A stretch of DNA of 64,000 nucleotides from Heterodontus francisci (lineage: Eukaryota), in NCBI RefSeq assembly GCF_036365525.1, contig NC_090389.1, forward strand, positions 81,866,179 through 81,930,178, in the 5' to 3' direction. Positions 49,004 through 61,664 of the stretch are shown in pieces. Numbering within the stretch: position 1 is the stretch's first letter; each line of letters begins with the position of its first letter. The notes beneath the pieces were generated by a model. That model saw only the letters and a program-made list of their open reading frames with translations. It did not search any database and was not told the DNA's origin. A program made the translations under genes and the position numbers.

Positions 49004-50018
49004 GAAATATTAGATAGTCACAAAAAAATCCAATAAGAAATTCAAGTAAAACTTAAATACCCTGAGAGTGGTTAGAATGAGGAACTCACGATCACATAAA
49101 GTGGTTGAGGTGAATAAAAAATCTGATTTAAGGGAAAGCTGGATAAGTACATGAGGGAGAAAGGAATATATGTCACTGGGCTGAGTTGAAGTATATAGAA
49201 TGAGAGTATGCTCCTGGGGAGCATAAATAATGAATGGTCTGTTTCTGTGCTGTAAATTTATGTAATTCTACATAAAACTACAGAGATCCTTTTTAATAAA
49301 CATGAAAAGCATTGCCAGATGAAACAGTAAGCCAAATACCCAAAATCAATCGGGCAGGATAATAAGCTGAACTGGTAAAAATTTAAAAGAGTTCAGTAAA
49401 ATTATGTTAATTACAGATCAAGTGGTTTCCCTTTGGAGGTTTATTAAATGCAGCAGTGCGCACAGGTGGTATTACTCATGGATGTTTTTCAGGAATGTGC
49501 TTTTCATAGCTGCAGAGTGGGAATTAAAGCTGTGGGAGTTCTTGGCAAACTCGTTTATGTTACTGGTAAGTTTTCTTGGGTTAAATTCAAACCTAGAGTT
49601 CAACAGCTGGCACCAGAACTTATACTTCGCTACAAAACAGTGAACAAGTGCAAGTGGAGTAGAGTTCCCTGCAGTACCTCCAGCTCCAAGGACTGAAGGT
49701 CACCTATCAGACAGCAAAGAGCCAGTGTCCACATTTAGCGCAGTAAGCACTAAAGCTATATTAACCTGGAATTTTGCAATTCAAACAAGAACAAAAATTC
49801 TCACTAATTAAAAAGGGAGAGAATAGATAATAATGCATCAGTCCTGAATCTGAAAGAGAAAGACAGGTTAATATTGCAAGTGGCGGCTTTCACCAGGACA
49901 TGGGATGCCCCTCTGAGATATAAGGGAAGACTTGAATTTGTATAGCACCTTTCATGACCTCAGGACTTCCCAAAGCACTTTACAGCTAATTAAGTACTTT
50001 TGAAGTGTAGCTACTGTT

Positions 50019-50593
50019 TTTTTTAAATTCATTCATGGGATGTGGGCGTCACTGGCTATGCCAGCATTTATTGCCCATCCCTAATTGCCCTTGAGAAGGT
50101 GGTGGTGAGCTGCCTTCTTGAACCGCTGCAGTCCATGTGGGGTAGGTACACCCACAGTGCTGTTAGGAAGGGAGTTCCAGGATTTTGACCCAGCGACAGT
50201 GAAGGAACGGCGATATAGTTCCAAGTCAGGATGGTGTGTGACTTGGAGGGGAACTTGCAGGTGGTGATGTTCCCATCTGCTGCTCTTGTCCTTCGAGGTG
50301 GTAGAGGTCATGGGTTTGGAAGCTGCTGTCTAAGGAGCGTTGGTCCATTGCTGCAGTGCATCTTGTAGATGGTACACACTGCTGCCACTGTGCATCGGTG
50401 GTGGAGGGAGTGAATGTTTGTAGATGGGGTGCCAATCAAGCGGGCTGCTTTGTCCTGAATGGTGTTGAGCTTCTTGAGTGTTGTTGAAGCTGTACCCATC
50501 CAGGCAAGTGGAGATTTATTCCATCACACTCCTGACTTGTGCCTTGTAGATGGTGGACAGGCTTTGGGGAGTCAGGAGGTGAGTTACTCGCCG
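50019..50593 (-). mobile_element. CR1/L2-group LINE 3' fragment, a family distinct from the main CR1
   Basis: ASTTLKKLNTIQDKAARLIG...SLHHRCTVAA...YKM and RSFTVAGSKSWNSLP; TSD ctgtt at 50014-50018 and 50594-50598. Confidence 0.8.
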
Positions 50594-50810
50594 CTGTTAC
50601 AGTTTAGGTAACATGGCAGGTGATTTGAGCACAGCAAGCTGCCACAAACAGCAATGTAATAATGACCAAATTTGCTTTTTTAGTGATGCCTGTTGAGGAT
50701 TTTGGCTCCGATACTGGGCAAACTCCGCAGTTATTCTTCAAAATAACACCGAGGGATCTTTTGCAACAGGGCAGACAAGGCCTCGGATTAACCTCTCATC
50801 TGAAAGATGG

Positions 50811-51063
50811 TGTAGTATAGGGTCTGAAAGGGTTAATCTTGTGAAAATGTAAAGAATACCTCCCACCATGATGACGTAAGGGATCACATGTGACAGAGAC
50901 TTGAAGATAGATGCAGAGTGGCTTTGGAGGAGTCACACAGACTAGGGTGAAAATGTACATAGTTATAATGTAATAAATGCTAATATTCTAATTACTCCAG
51001 ACTAAAGAATCTCTCTAAGCTAGACTAACTAAGGTGGCAGCATGCCAAACAAACATACAACCA
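50811..51063 (+). mobile_element. Solo LTR (253 bp, Gypsy-like)
   Basis: TGtagtatag...atacaacCA with an internal aataaa; 4-bp TSD atgg at 50807-50810 and 51064-51067. Removing it restores the SINE sequence gaaagatggcacctctgacagtg. Confidence 0.75.
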
Positions 51064-51679
51064 ATGGCACCTCTGACAGTGCAGCACTCCTTCAGTTTTG
51101 CACTGGAGTGTCAGCCTAGATTTTCTTCTCAAGTCACTGGAGTAGTGCGTGGACCCACACCATCTGACTCAGGTGAGGGTGCTATCACAGAATATCAATC
51201 AGGTTTATTTCCAAATGTTCATTTGCAGCTTTTTAAAAAAATCCTACATAACATTTTCTGTGTTTGAAATTTCTTTTCATTAGCTGAAGATTTAAACCCA
51301 GAAATTGATGGACAAATGCTCATTCTGGCCTCAATAATAACAGGGAGGTCGGAATGATTTGTGCTGTGGAAGTATGAAACACTAATGCCTTGAAAAGGGT
51401 AACAGGGCATCTGGGATCTTGGGGAAAGAGGCGACCAACAGTCAATCCCCTTAATCAATGAGAAACAAACAGAGAAATGTTGGAGAGGAAATAGGGTGAA
51501 TTTGTGTCAAATCAGGTAAAGAAATAGAAATAAAGAGGGAAAGAAAGGTTGGATTAAGAGAGAGATAAAAGACAGAAAGGAGAAATAAGGAAAAAAAAAT
51601 TAAAATTAAAATTTTTACAAATCTCTAGACAACCACTTATGAGCTGCAGGAACACGACTCCAGAGTTTCCATGGTTTTC

Positions 51680-52560
51680 TGTAGACTCCAGAATTATGTC
51701 AATGGTTTGGCTGAGTGGGTGGAAAAGTGGCAAATGGAATTCAATCCGGAGACATGTGAGGTAATGCACTTGGAGAGTGCAAACAAAGCAAGGGAATACA
51801 CAATAAACAGGAGGATATTGAGAGTGGTAAAAGAAGTGAGAGACCTTGGCATGGATGTCCACAGGTCCCTGAAGGTGACAGGACAGGTAGATAAAAGTGG
51901 TGAAGAAAGCATATGGAATGCTTTCCTTTATTGGCCGAGGTGTAGAATACAAAAGCAGGGATGTAATGCTGGAACTGTATAAAACGTTGGTTAGGCCACA
52001 GCTACAGTATTGCGTACAGTTCTGGTCACCACATTACAGGAAGGACATAATTGCTCTGGAGAGAGTGCAGAGGAGATTTACAAGAATGTTGCCAGGGCTT
52101 GAAAATTGTAGCTATGAGGAAAGATTGGATAGGCTAGGGTTGTTTTCCTTAGAACAGAGAAAGCTGAGGGGTGACTTAATTGAGGTGTACAAAATTTTGA
52201 GGGACCTAGATAGAGTAGACAGGAAGGACCTGTTTCCCCTAGCGGAGAGGTCAATTACCAGGGAGCACAGATTTAAAGTGATTGGTAGAAGGTTTAAAGA
52301 GGACATGAGGAAAAACTTTTTCACCCAGAGGGTGGTGTCTGGAATTCACTGCCCTGATCGGTGGTGGAGGCAGAAACCCTCAACTCCTTTAAAAGGTAAA
52401 AAGGTACCTGGACATGCACCTGAAGTGCTGCAACCTGCAAGGTTATGGACCAGGTGCTGGAAGGTGAAATTAGATTGGGCGGCTAGTTTTTCAGCCAGCA
52501 CAGATGCGATGGGCTGAATGGCCTCTTTCTGTGCCGTAACTTCTCTATGGTTCTATGGTT
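51680..52560 (+). mobile_element. CR1 3' fragment
   Basis: WQMEFNPETCEVMH...KKAYGMLSFIGRG...LQYCVQFWSPHYRKD; (ctatggtt)n tail. Confidence 0.92.
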
Positions 52561-52824
52561 TCCTTTCTGGGCTGCAAAGACTGTGTGGCATTATAGGAAC
52601 ATAAATCTTCTCATTAAAAAGGTATCAACTCCGTTAAGTAGCAGCCCTAAATTTCCGTGATGAGATTAATGTACAATTAATGCACACATGCAGCAATTTC
52701 ATGAAACTGACAGGAAGGTTAATGGCAGAGAGGTGCAAACCAGACTTGCCCTTGTCCGTTTAATTTCCAGGAACGTTGGAAGGCACAGAAAGTCACTGAA
52801 AATGGGACATTGAAACTGTGTAGC

Positions 52825-53025
52825 ACCCTCTGGAAGTCACTGCCTGAGGGGGTGGTAGAGGCAGGAACCCTCACAACATTTAAGAAGTATTTAGATGAGC
52901 CATAGCATACAAGGCTACGGGCCAAGTGCTGGAAAATGGGATTAGAATAGATAGGTGCTTCACGGCCAGCACAGACACGATGGGCCGAAGGGCCTGTTTC
53001 TGTGCTGTATAACTCCATGTCTCTA
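52825..53025 (+). mobile_element. Short CR1 3' end
   Basis: ctgcctgagggggtggtagaggcagg...gggccgaagggcctgtttctgtgctgtat. Confidence 0.8.
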
Positions 53026-53349
53026 TGAGTCTACAGGACACTTGTGTGAACATAGCAAGCGACTGTATCTGTTTAACCAATCAGGTTGAAGCATTGTGAA
53101 TGACCAATGCAGAGTTTGAACCAGGATGTGTAAGCTCGAATAGTGAATTCAATGTCAAATCAGGTAAAGGAAATAAAGAGAAGAAAAGAAAGACTGGATT
53201 TAGAGTGAGAGAAAAAAGACAAAGAAAAGTGAAGAAAATACTTAATTTACCTTTGTAAAAAAAAATCAACGATTAAAAGCTGAAGGAATGAAACTCGATG
53301 CTTGTAAAAGATCATTTTCAATGCCTGAGAGTTTCATCAGCCATCTAGG

Positions 53350-54128
53350 GATGGGCAGGGAGGTGACAGGGGCCCATTAAATAGTAAAGGAAGGCAAGGG
53401 GTGGACTGCCTGTCATCTTCCTGACGCCATTGAATTTTGTCAGGGGTGGGGAAGGCCTTCCTGCCCAAAGGCTAATTGAGGCCCTTAAGGGGCTAATTAA
53501 TGGCCACTTAAGGCCTCTTACCGCTGCCACTAGTATTTTACCAGCGGCGGGGAAGGGGGGCATCCATCACATTGGAAGGTCACCAAATAACCCCACTGGG
53601 ATGTGGCCCTCCTGCTTGGGCAGTCTGTGGCCCATGGCAAAGGCCTGAGGGCCTCTGACGGCAAAGGCCGCCCCTGTGCCAAGACCCCCACCTTCCCACC
53701 CGCGTCAACAACCCCCCGCCCTCAACACCAACCCCCCCCTCACCCCCACCCTCACCGGCCCCTTCAAATCCCTTGCCAGGAACTGCCTGACTGGCCCCAG
53801 CGAGCCCACCCCACTTACCCGCATTCCTGGACTCCCAGGCTGCTCCTGGTCCCGGGCCTCCCACAATCCAGGCAGTGGTCATTTCCCCAGGCGGCACTGC
53901 TGGGACTGCCCAGCTGCAGGCCCTCTGATTAGCCAGCAGCTCTTGGGGTGGGATCATGCTCCTTAAAGGGGATGACATCTCCAACGGTGGGCAGTTAACT
54001 ACCTGCCTGCCGTTGAATTCGGCCAGGGGTTCCAATAAAGGACCAAGGTGGGGTTGCGCCCCCCCCCCCCCCACCACCTCCGCCTTTGGCTATTGCCGGG
54101 ACCTCCACCTCCGAGATAAAATCCAGCT
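53350..54128. mobile_element. Harbinger-type non-autonomous element
   Basis: Inverted homologue of 59855-60599; ends gataaaatccagc. Confidence 0.6.
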
Positions 54129-54759
54129 TGTATCTACAACACCAGAACAGGAACATCACACCTTGAAATACATCTGAATAGCGAGGCAGATGGCGCAATG
54201 CTGTTTTCACACAGTTTATGAAGGAACAGCACACCTCAGACAGCGACCATTAGCCTCACTGTTACTTTTACAAGGAAGCTACTGAGTATTATAAGTTTTC
54301 CAACAAAGCTATTGACTAGAACAAGTTGCTGATTCTAGTAGACCAATGCCGAACACTTTGCTCTGTTTTAACTGGCATTAACCTAATGCTCCTGTTGAAA
54401 TAGCTGATAGACGATAGTCATACTAATGTGTTAAATGTTTGCCTGCTAATATCATCTATAATAACTTGAATCCTTAAGATCCTAAATACAGGACATATTG
54501 ACCTAAATCCCATATTTATCTTCATCATTTTGTAAACCTTACTGTTAATTATTCTCTATCTCATGGCAAGAAGTCCCCTGGCATCTGTACTAATATGAAC
54601 TAGAGCTTTTCGAAGCTACTTTTTATTTAGGAATTTTAATTCAGCTTCTCAGAGACCAGTGTCTCAGCTTCTAAGTCTGGCTTCCTATTCCTGGTGGAAG
54701 AGTCATAGACCCATGCAAAACAGCGTCCGTAAGTCTCCCACTGGGTTAAATCGGACAAA

Positions 54760-57745
54760 TTTAGAATTAGAATTAGAACATTAGAACATTACAGTGCAGT
54801 ACAGGCTCTTCGGCCCTCGATGTTGCGCCGACCTGTGAAACCATCTGACCTACACTATTCCATTTTCATCCATATGTCTATCCAATGACTACTTAAATGC
54901 CCTTAAAGTTGGCGAATCTACTACTGCTGCAGGCAGGGCGTTCCACGCCCTTACTACTCTCTGAGTAAAGAAACTACCTCTGACATCTGTCCTATATCTA
55001 TCACCCCTCAACTTAAAGCTATTTCCCCTCGTGTTTGCCATCACCATCCGAGGAAAAAGACGCTCACTATCCACCCTATCTAACCCTCTGATTATCTTAT
55101 ATGTCTCTATTAAGTCACCTCTCCTCCTCCTTCTCTCCAACGAAAACAACCTCAAGTCCCTCAGCCTTTCCTCGTAAGACCTTCCCTCCATACCAGGCAA
55201 CATCCTAGTAAATCTCCTCTGCACCCTTTCCATAGCTTCCACATCCTTCCTATAATGCGGTGACCAGAACTGCACGCAATACTCCAGGTGCGGTCTCACC
55301 AGAGTTTTGTACAGCTGCAGCATGACCTCGTGGCTCCGAAACTCGATCCCCCTACTAATAAAAGCTAACACACCATATGCCTTCTTAACAGCCCTATTAA
55401 CCTGGGTAGCAACCTTCAGGGATTTATGCACCTGGACACCAAGATCTCTCTGTTCATCTACACTACCAAGAATCTTCCCATTAGCCCAGTACTCTGCATT
55501 CCTGTTACTCCTTCCAAAGTGAATCACCTCACACTTTTCCGCATTAAACTCCATTTGCCATCTCTCAGCCCAGCTCTGCAGCCTATCTATGTCCCTCTGT
55601 ACCCTACAACATCCTTCGGCACTATCCACAACTCCACCGACCTTCGTGTCATCCGCAAATTTACTAACCCACCCTTCTACACCCTCTTCCAGGTTATTTA
55701 CAAAAATGACAAACAGCAGTGGCCCCAAAACAGATCCTTGCGGTACACCACTAGTAACTAAACTCCAGGATGAACATTTGCCATCAACCACCACCCTCTG
55801 TCTTCTTTCAGCTAGCCAATTTCTGATCCAAAGCTCTAAATCACCTTCAACCCCATACTTCCGTATTTTCTGCAATAGCCTACCGTGGGGAACCTTATCA
55901 AACGCCTTACTGAAATCCATATACACCACATCCACTGCTTTACCCTCATCCACCTGTTTGGTCACCTTCTCTAAAAACTCAATAAGGTTTGCGAGGCACA
56001 ACCTACCCGTCACAAAACCGTGCTGACTATCTCTAATGAACTTATTCTTTTCAAGATGATTATAAATCCTGTCTCTTATAACCTTTTCCAACATTTTACC
56101 CACAACCGAAGTAAGGCTCACAGGTCTATAATTACCAGGGCTGTCTCTACTCCCCTTCTTGAACAAGGGGACAACATTTGCTATCCTCCAGTCTTCCGGC
56201 ACTATTCCTGTCGACAATGACGACATAAAGATCAAGGACAAAGGCTCTGCAATCTCCTCCCTAGCTTCCCAGAGAATCCTAGGATAAATCCCATCTGGCC
56301 CAGGGGACTTATCTATTTTCACACTTTCCAAAATTGATAACACCTCCTCCTTGTGAACCTCAATCCCATCTAGCCTAGTAGCCTGAATCTCAGTATTCTC
56401 AACAACATTTTCTTTCTCTACTGTAAATACTGACGCAAAATATTCATTTAACACTTCCCCTATCTCCTCTGATTCCACACACAACTTCCCATTACAATCC
56501 TTGATTGGCCCTAATCTAACTCTAGTCATTCTTTTATTCCTGATATACCTATAGAAAGCCTTAGGGTTTTCCCTGATCCTATCCACCAATGACTTCTCGT
56601 GTCCTCTCCTTGCTCTTCTTAGCTCTCCCTTTAGATCCTTCCTGGCTAGCTTGTAACTCTCAAGCGCCCTAACTGAGCCTTCACGCCTCATCCTAACATA
56701 AGCCGCCTTCTTCCTCTTGACAAGCGCTTCAACTTCTTTAGTAAACCACGGCTCCCTCGCTCGACAACTTCCTCCCTGCCTCACATGTACATACTTATCA
56801 AGGACACACAGTAGCTGCTCCTTGAATAAGCTCCACATTTCGATTGTTCCCATCCCCTGCAGTTTCCTTCCCCATCCTACGCATCCTAAATCTTGCCTAA
56901 TCGCATCATAATTTCCTTTCCCCCAGCTATAATTCTTGCCCTGCGGTATATACCTGTCCCTGCCCATCGCTAAGGTAAACCTAACCGAATTGTGATCACT
57001 ATCACCAAAGTGCTCACCTACATCTAAATCTAACACCTGGCCGGGTTCATTTCCCAGTACCAAATCCAATGTGGCATCGCCCCTGGTTGGCCTGTCTACA
57101 TACTGTGTCAGAAAACCCTCCTGCACACACTGGACAAAAACTGACCCATCTAAAGTACTCGAACTATAGTATTTCCAGTCGATATTTGGAAAGTTAAAGT
57201 CCCCCATAACAACTACCCTGTTACTCTCGCCCCTGTCGAGAATCATCTTCGCTATCCTTTCCTCTCCATCTCTGGAACTATTCAGAGGTCTATAAAAGAC
57301 TCCCAACAGGGTAACCTCACCTCTCCTGTTTCTAACCTCGGCCCATACTACCTCAGTAGACGAGTCCTCAAACGTCCTTTCTGTCGCTGTAATACTCTCC
57401 TTGATTAACAATGCCACACCCCCCCCCTCTTTTACCATCTTCTCTGTTCTTACTGAAACATCTAAATCCCGGAATCTGCAACATCCATTCCTGCCCCTGC
57501 TCTACCCATGTCTCCGAAATGGCCACTACATCGAGATCCCAGGTACCAACCCATGCTGCAAGCTCACCCACCTTATTCCGGATGCTCCTGGCGTTGAAGT
57601 GGACACACTTTAAACCAGGTTCTTGCTTGCCAATGCCCTCTTGCGTCCTTGTAACCATATCCCTGACCTCACTACTCTCAACATCCTGTACACTGGCACT
57701 ACAATTTAGGTTCCCATTCCCTGCTGAATTAGTTTAAACCCCCCA
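54760..57745 (-). mobile_element. CR1 LINE with a nearly complete ORF2 (APE endonuclease plus RT), truncated at about the ORF1 end
   Basis: KCVHFNARSIRNK...ISETW (57658-57368), a frameshift at the C-run near 57420, then 849 aa with GDFNFP, SDHN, PQGSVLGP and FADD. Premature stop at 54889 relative to sister copies; (ttctaa)n tail. Confidence 0.95.
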
Positions 57746-58056
57746 GTGCAAAACATTGGGAACCCTTCCCAGAAATCCAAATCTAATGAAGCTGACTAAA
57801 AAGGAAGAAGCTATATACAACAACAGCAATTTGCATTTATATATCTCCATTAACGTGGTAAAATGTCCCAAGACACTTCACAAGACAGCTATCAAACAAA
57901 ATTTGATACCGAGCCATGTAAGGAGATATTAGGACAGATCACCAAAATTTGGGGTAAGAGGTTGTTTCTAAGGGGAAGTTTTATGAGAGCACAGGGTGTT
58001 TCAAAGCACTTCTCAGCCTAATGAAATACATTTGAATGTAGCTGATATGTGCACAA

Positions 58057-59141
58057 TGTTACAATCAGGTGAGGAGGGGTCAAATGGTTCCCCTCTTTTC
58101 CCTCTCCTTGTTTGACCGCAACAGGTTTACTCCTTTTCTGAAAAGGATTTACTTGCCAATTGAGTGTTTAACGGTTTCTATGCTGTGATCATAAAAGAAC
58201 CAGTTGGACAGGTTTTCTTGAGTTTAACAAAGAAAGAGGCTAGCTTTATTATACTTAAACCAAACTAAGTAAAATAATAAAAATACACTGTGACTTTCAC
58301 ACTGATACACTCGAAGTTCACACATGCACACAAATAGATTACAGAGTGAGGGGGAGGGCACGGAGGATGGATTGGTCAAATTCGAATGCAGAGAAATAAA
58401 AGGGGTATACAGTCCATGGAGGTTGGTGACTTGGCTGGCTTCAGATTGAATTCGGTGGTCGTGCGACTTACCCTCGGTGTTCCTGGGGCTTTCAGTTTGA
58501 AGATGTGGACGGCTAATTTGACTGTTCTCCTGGGGACAGTATTGTGGTGTTGAGTCCCTTCAAGGAGTCTCTGTCTGCAGCAGGAGCAACCCTGGGTGGT
58601 CATAGTCAGTAAACAGGGTCCAAAGTTTACAAGGTGGGTTGGAGAGAGAGAGGGAGGGAGGAAGGAGGGACACACTCGGGTCTTCTCTCATCAGTGTCTA
58701 GAAGCTTAAGCCTGTCACATGACTGTCACCCTGTAATTCAAGCATGGTCGTTACTAGTGTATTCCCTCTTGCAACTTAATTAGTCCATGTCTAGGAATCC
58801 CCTTCTCACAGCTGGGGTCCCATTGTTACCCAAGTGATTAGGTTGAGTGGTTCGTCTCCACCAGTTGAATAGCTCAGGTGATTGCCTTGATGCCTTACTA
58901 ATGGGGACAGGATATGTGGTTCACTTAGATTCCCCAGGTCATTGTCCTTGATGTCTTTGCAGACATGGTGTCTCCATCTCAATGGATTGGAATGTGGAAG
59001 GTACAGTGATGCAAATTGGGGTAGCTATCTTTAGCTGCAAGCATCAAGTCCTCTTTAGTCTCTGTTTTTTTTCCATTCAATTTGTGTTTCCAGCTGGTGG
59101 ATTAAAAATCATGATTTGACATGAAGCTTATTTTCGTGACA
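58057..59141 (-). mobile_element. Probable solo LTR (about 1.1 kb) inserted in a Deu-SINE
   Basis: Termini tgttac...gtgaca; tttatt near 58245; flanks acaa/actg may be a decayed 4-bp TSD. SINE sequence is present on both sides. Confidence 0.5.
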
Positions 59142-59854
59142 ACTGCAAAGTCCAAACATAAATGAGTAGATAAATGACCAGTTAATCCACTTTTTTAGTG
59201 GTGTTAATTCAGAGACAAATGTTGGGCAGAACAACTCCTGTACTCTTAAATAGTGCCATGGAATCTTTTATGTTCATCTGAGAGGGCCGAAGGTGCCTTG
59301 GTTTAACATTTCATTCAAAAGGCAGCACCTTTGACAATGCAGCACTGCACCGAAGTGTCAGCCTAAATTTACATGCACAAGTCTGTCAGGTCGAGCTTGA
59401 GCCCATAAACTTCTGACTCGGAAGCAACAGTGCAACCAGTGAGCCGAGGCTGACACCTATGTAAAAGCAGAATGAGGAACTACCTTGTCATCTAATACTG
59501 ACTAGAACTGTATCTAAGCAGAAGGCATTCATATTATTTTGGCCTTCACACAAGAGTTTTGGTATATTGAATTCTCCTTATGCCATTTGCTTCATATACT
59601 TAGAATCATACAGCACCGTAAGAGGCCATTCGGCCCATCATGCTTGTGTCAGCTCTTTGAAAGAACTATCCAATTAGTGTCACTTCCCTGCTCTTTCCCC
59701 ATTGCCCTGTATTTTTTTGTGCCCCTTCAAGCATCTATCCAGCCCCACTTCAGTCTGACCCGTGACCAAATAGTTCTGAAGTAGGATATTGCCTGGAGCT
59801 TCAGGTCACAACGCTCATCTACACAGAGATAAAACGTATTTACAAGACATACAG

Positions 59855-61050
59855 GGGCTGGGATTTTGTCTTGGCAATGGGGGTCTCGACCACTGGCAAA
59901 AGCACCAGCAAGAGCCCCATGTCACCTCCTCTGGGGAAGTCCCTCCAAGTCAAGTGCCAATTATGCACTTAAGTGAACAGTGGTGGGCCTTCCCCGGGAT
60001 CAAGGAGCCTGGCAACGGAGGTCTCGCCAGCTGAGGGCTGTCGGCCAATCAGAGACTGGCAGCTCTTTAACTGAGGTGGTGGCTGCTGCCGGTACTGGAC
60101 TCACCCGAGGCCCTGGAAGCAGGCCACAGGTAAGTCACAGCGGGAGGGGCTTTGCGGGGTGGGGGTCGCGGGGGATGTGGGTGTAGGGAGGTTAGCAGCA
60201 AGTGCAGGTGGTGTCTCTCAACGGGCCCCTCCCCCCCCTTACCGATGCCGGGTCCCTCATTCATTCACTAAGTGCCTTTTAACGAGGGACCACCCACCGC
60301 CAGAGCCGGCAAGCAACCGCACGGTTTCTCTTGCCATGCTCCCTGTGTGGCTACAGGCCCACCCACCGCTGGGCTAATTCCAGCAGCGGTGGAATGGGCC
60401 CTTAATTCGGCATTAATTGCCTACTTAAGGGCCTCAATTGGTGACGGGGCAGGAAGGCCGTTGACAGGCTTTCCAGCCCCGGACTTAATTTGAGTGGAGG
60501 TGGGAAGGTGGTGGGGTCCTCCCACCCGCCACCACCCCGTCTGATCATATGCCCTCCCCGCCTTCAAACCCATTGCAGGGGGCAGCATAAAATTCCCCCC
60601 ATGGGCTGGGATTTTGTCTTGGAGGCTGGGGAGGCAAGCACCAGCAAAAACGTAGGCAAGAGCCCCGCATCGCCTCCTCTGGGAAAGGCCCACCCAATCA
60701 AATGCCAATTAGACACTTAAGCAGACAGCGGTGGGCCTTCCCCGGGATCAGGGACCCTGGCGACAGAAGTCTCGCCCTCTGAGAATTTTCGGCCAATCAG
60801 AGCTCTTTAACTCAGCAGCGCCACCGTAGAGGCAATGGCTGCTGCCGGTACTGGACTCACTTGAGGCCCTGGAACCAGGCCACAGGTGAGTCACAGCGGG
60901 AGGAGTTTCCTGGGTTGGGGGGGGGGGGGAGTGGTCACAGGGGAGGGTGGAGTAGGGGGTTCAGCAGCAAGGGCAGGAGGGTAGCTGTCAGCAGGCCTCC
61001 CCTTCCCCCATGTTTGTCCCTCGTTCAGGCGCAAGGGAGAGCATAAAGAT
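59855..61050. mobile_element. Head-to-tail pair of related Harbinger-type non-autonomous elements
   Basis: Both start gggctgggattttgtcttgg (59855 and 60603). The first ends cataaaattccccc and is separated from the second by cat. Confidence 0.7.
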
Positions 61051-61664
61051 CCCCCCATGTTGGTTAGAAATTCCAGAAACCAATGTTGGTAAAATTAGAA
61101 ACCAATTGAGTTCACAAAGATCTCTGACCCAATGATGCAATCAATCCTTTGTTTTCATATACTGTTTGGTCGACCATTTGATGAAGTATTTAAATCCCCC
61201 GTGCTGCCCTGCCAACTTTCTTAATTTGAATTCCTGCAGGAAAATAAATTAGTGGCAGGTTTTTGCCGAGCATGTGCAGAACCCACAGTGATGAAGCTGT
61301 AAGAGTCATATGTGAGGTAAGTTTGTACGGGTCCAGTCCTGCTCTTACTGTGTATGAGCCAGGAGCACAAAGCTACACCATTTAAGCACTATTTGGTTAA
61401 ATTTGGCACGAAATTCATCAGTTTCAGATTCCTACACAAACCATCCCATCCTTCAGAGTGAGAATGCTTATTCATGGCAAATAAAGGACAGTTATGTCTT
61501 GTGCTCACATGCTCTAGGAAATGGGCTAGGGGTGTCCAAACTCAATTCATGTAGTGCCCTAATTGGAAGAGAGAGACAAGACTTCCATGCTATCATTCTG
61601 CTCTGATTCAAACCCAGGGTTGAGAAAACATAACCTAAAAATTTGGAGCAGGGGTAGACCATTT

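Larger units (their letters stand above)
49928..51190 (-). mobile_element. Deu-domain SINE interrupted by a LINE and a solo LTR
   Basis: Pieces 49928-50018, 50594-50810 and 51064-51190 rejoin into one SINE colinear with 2765-2945 and 59160-59460. Confidence 0.75.

Noticed and set aside
53345-54234. Cluster of Pro/Gly-rich ORFs (also at 18546, 25848, 27161, 30803 and 59789-61046)
   Set aside because: Chance ORFs in GC-rich MITE bodies, present in several frames on both strands and not conserved between copies.
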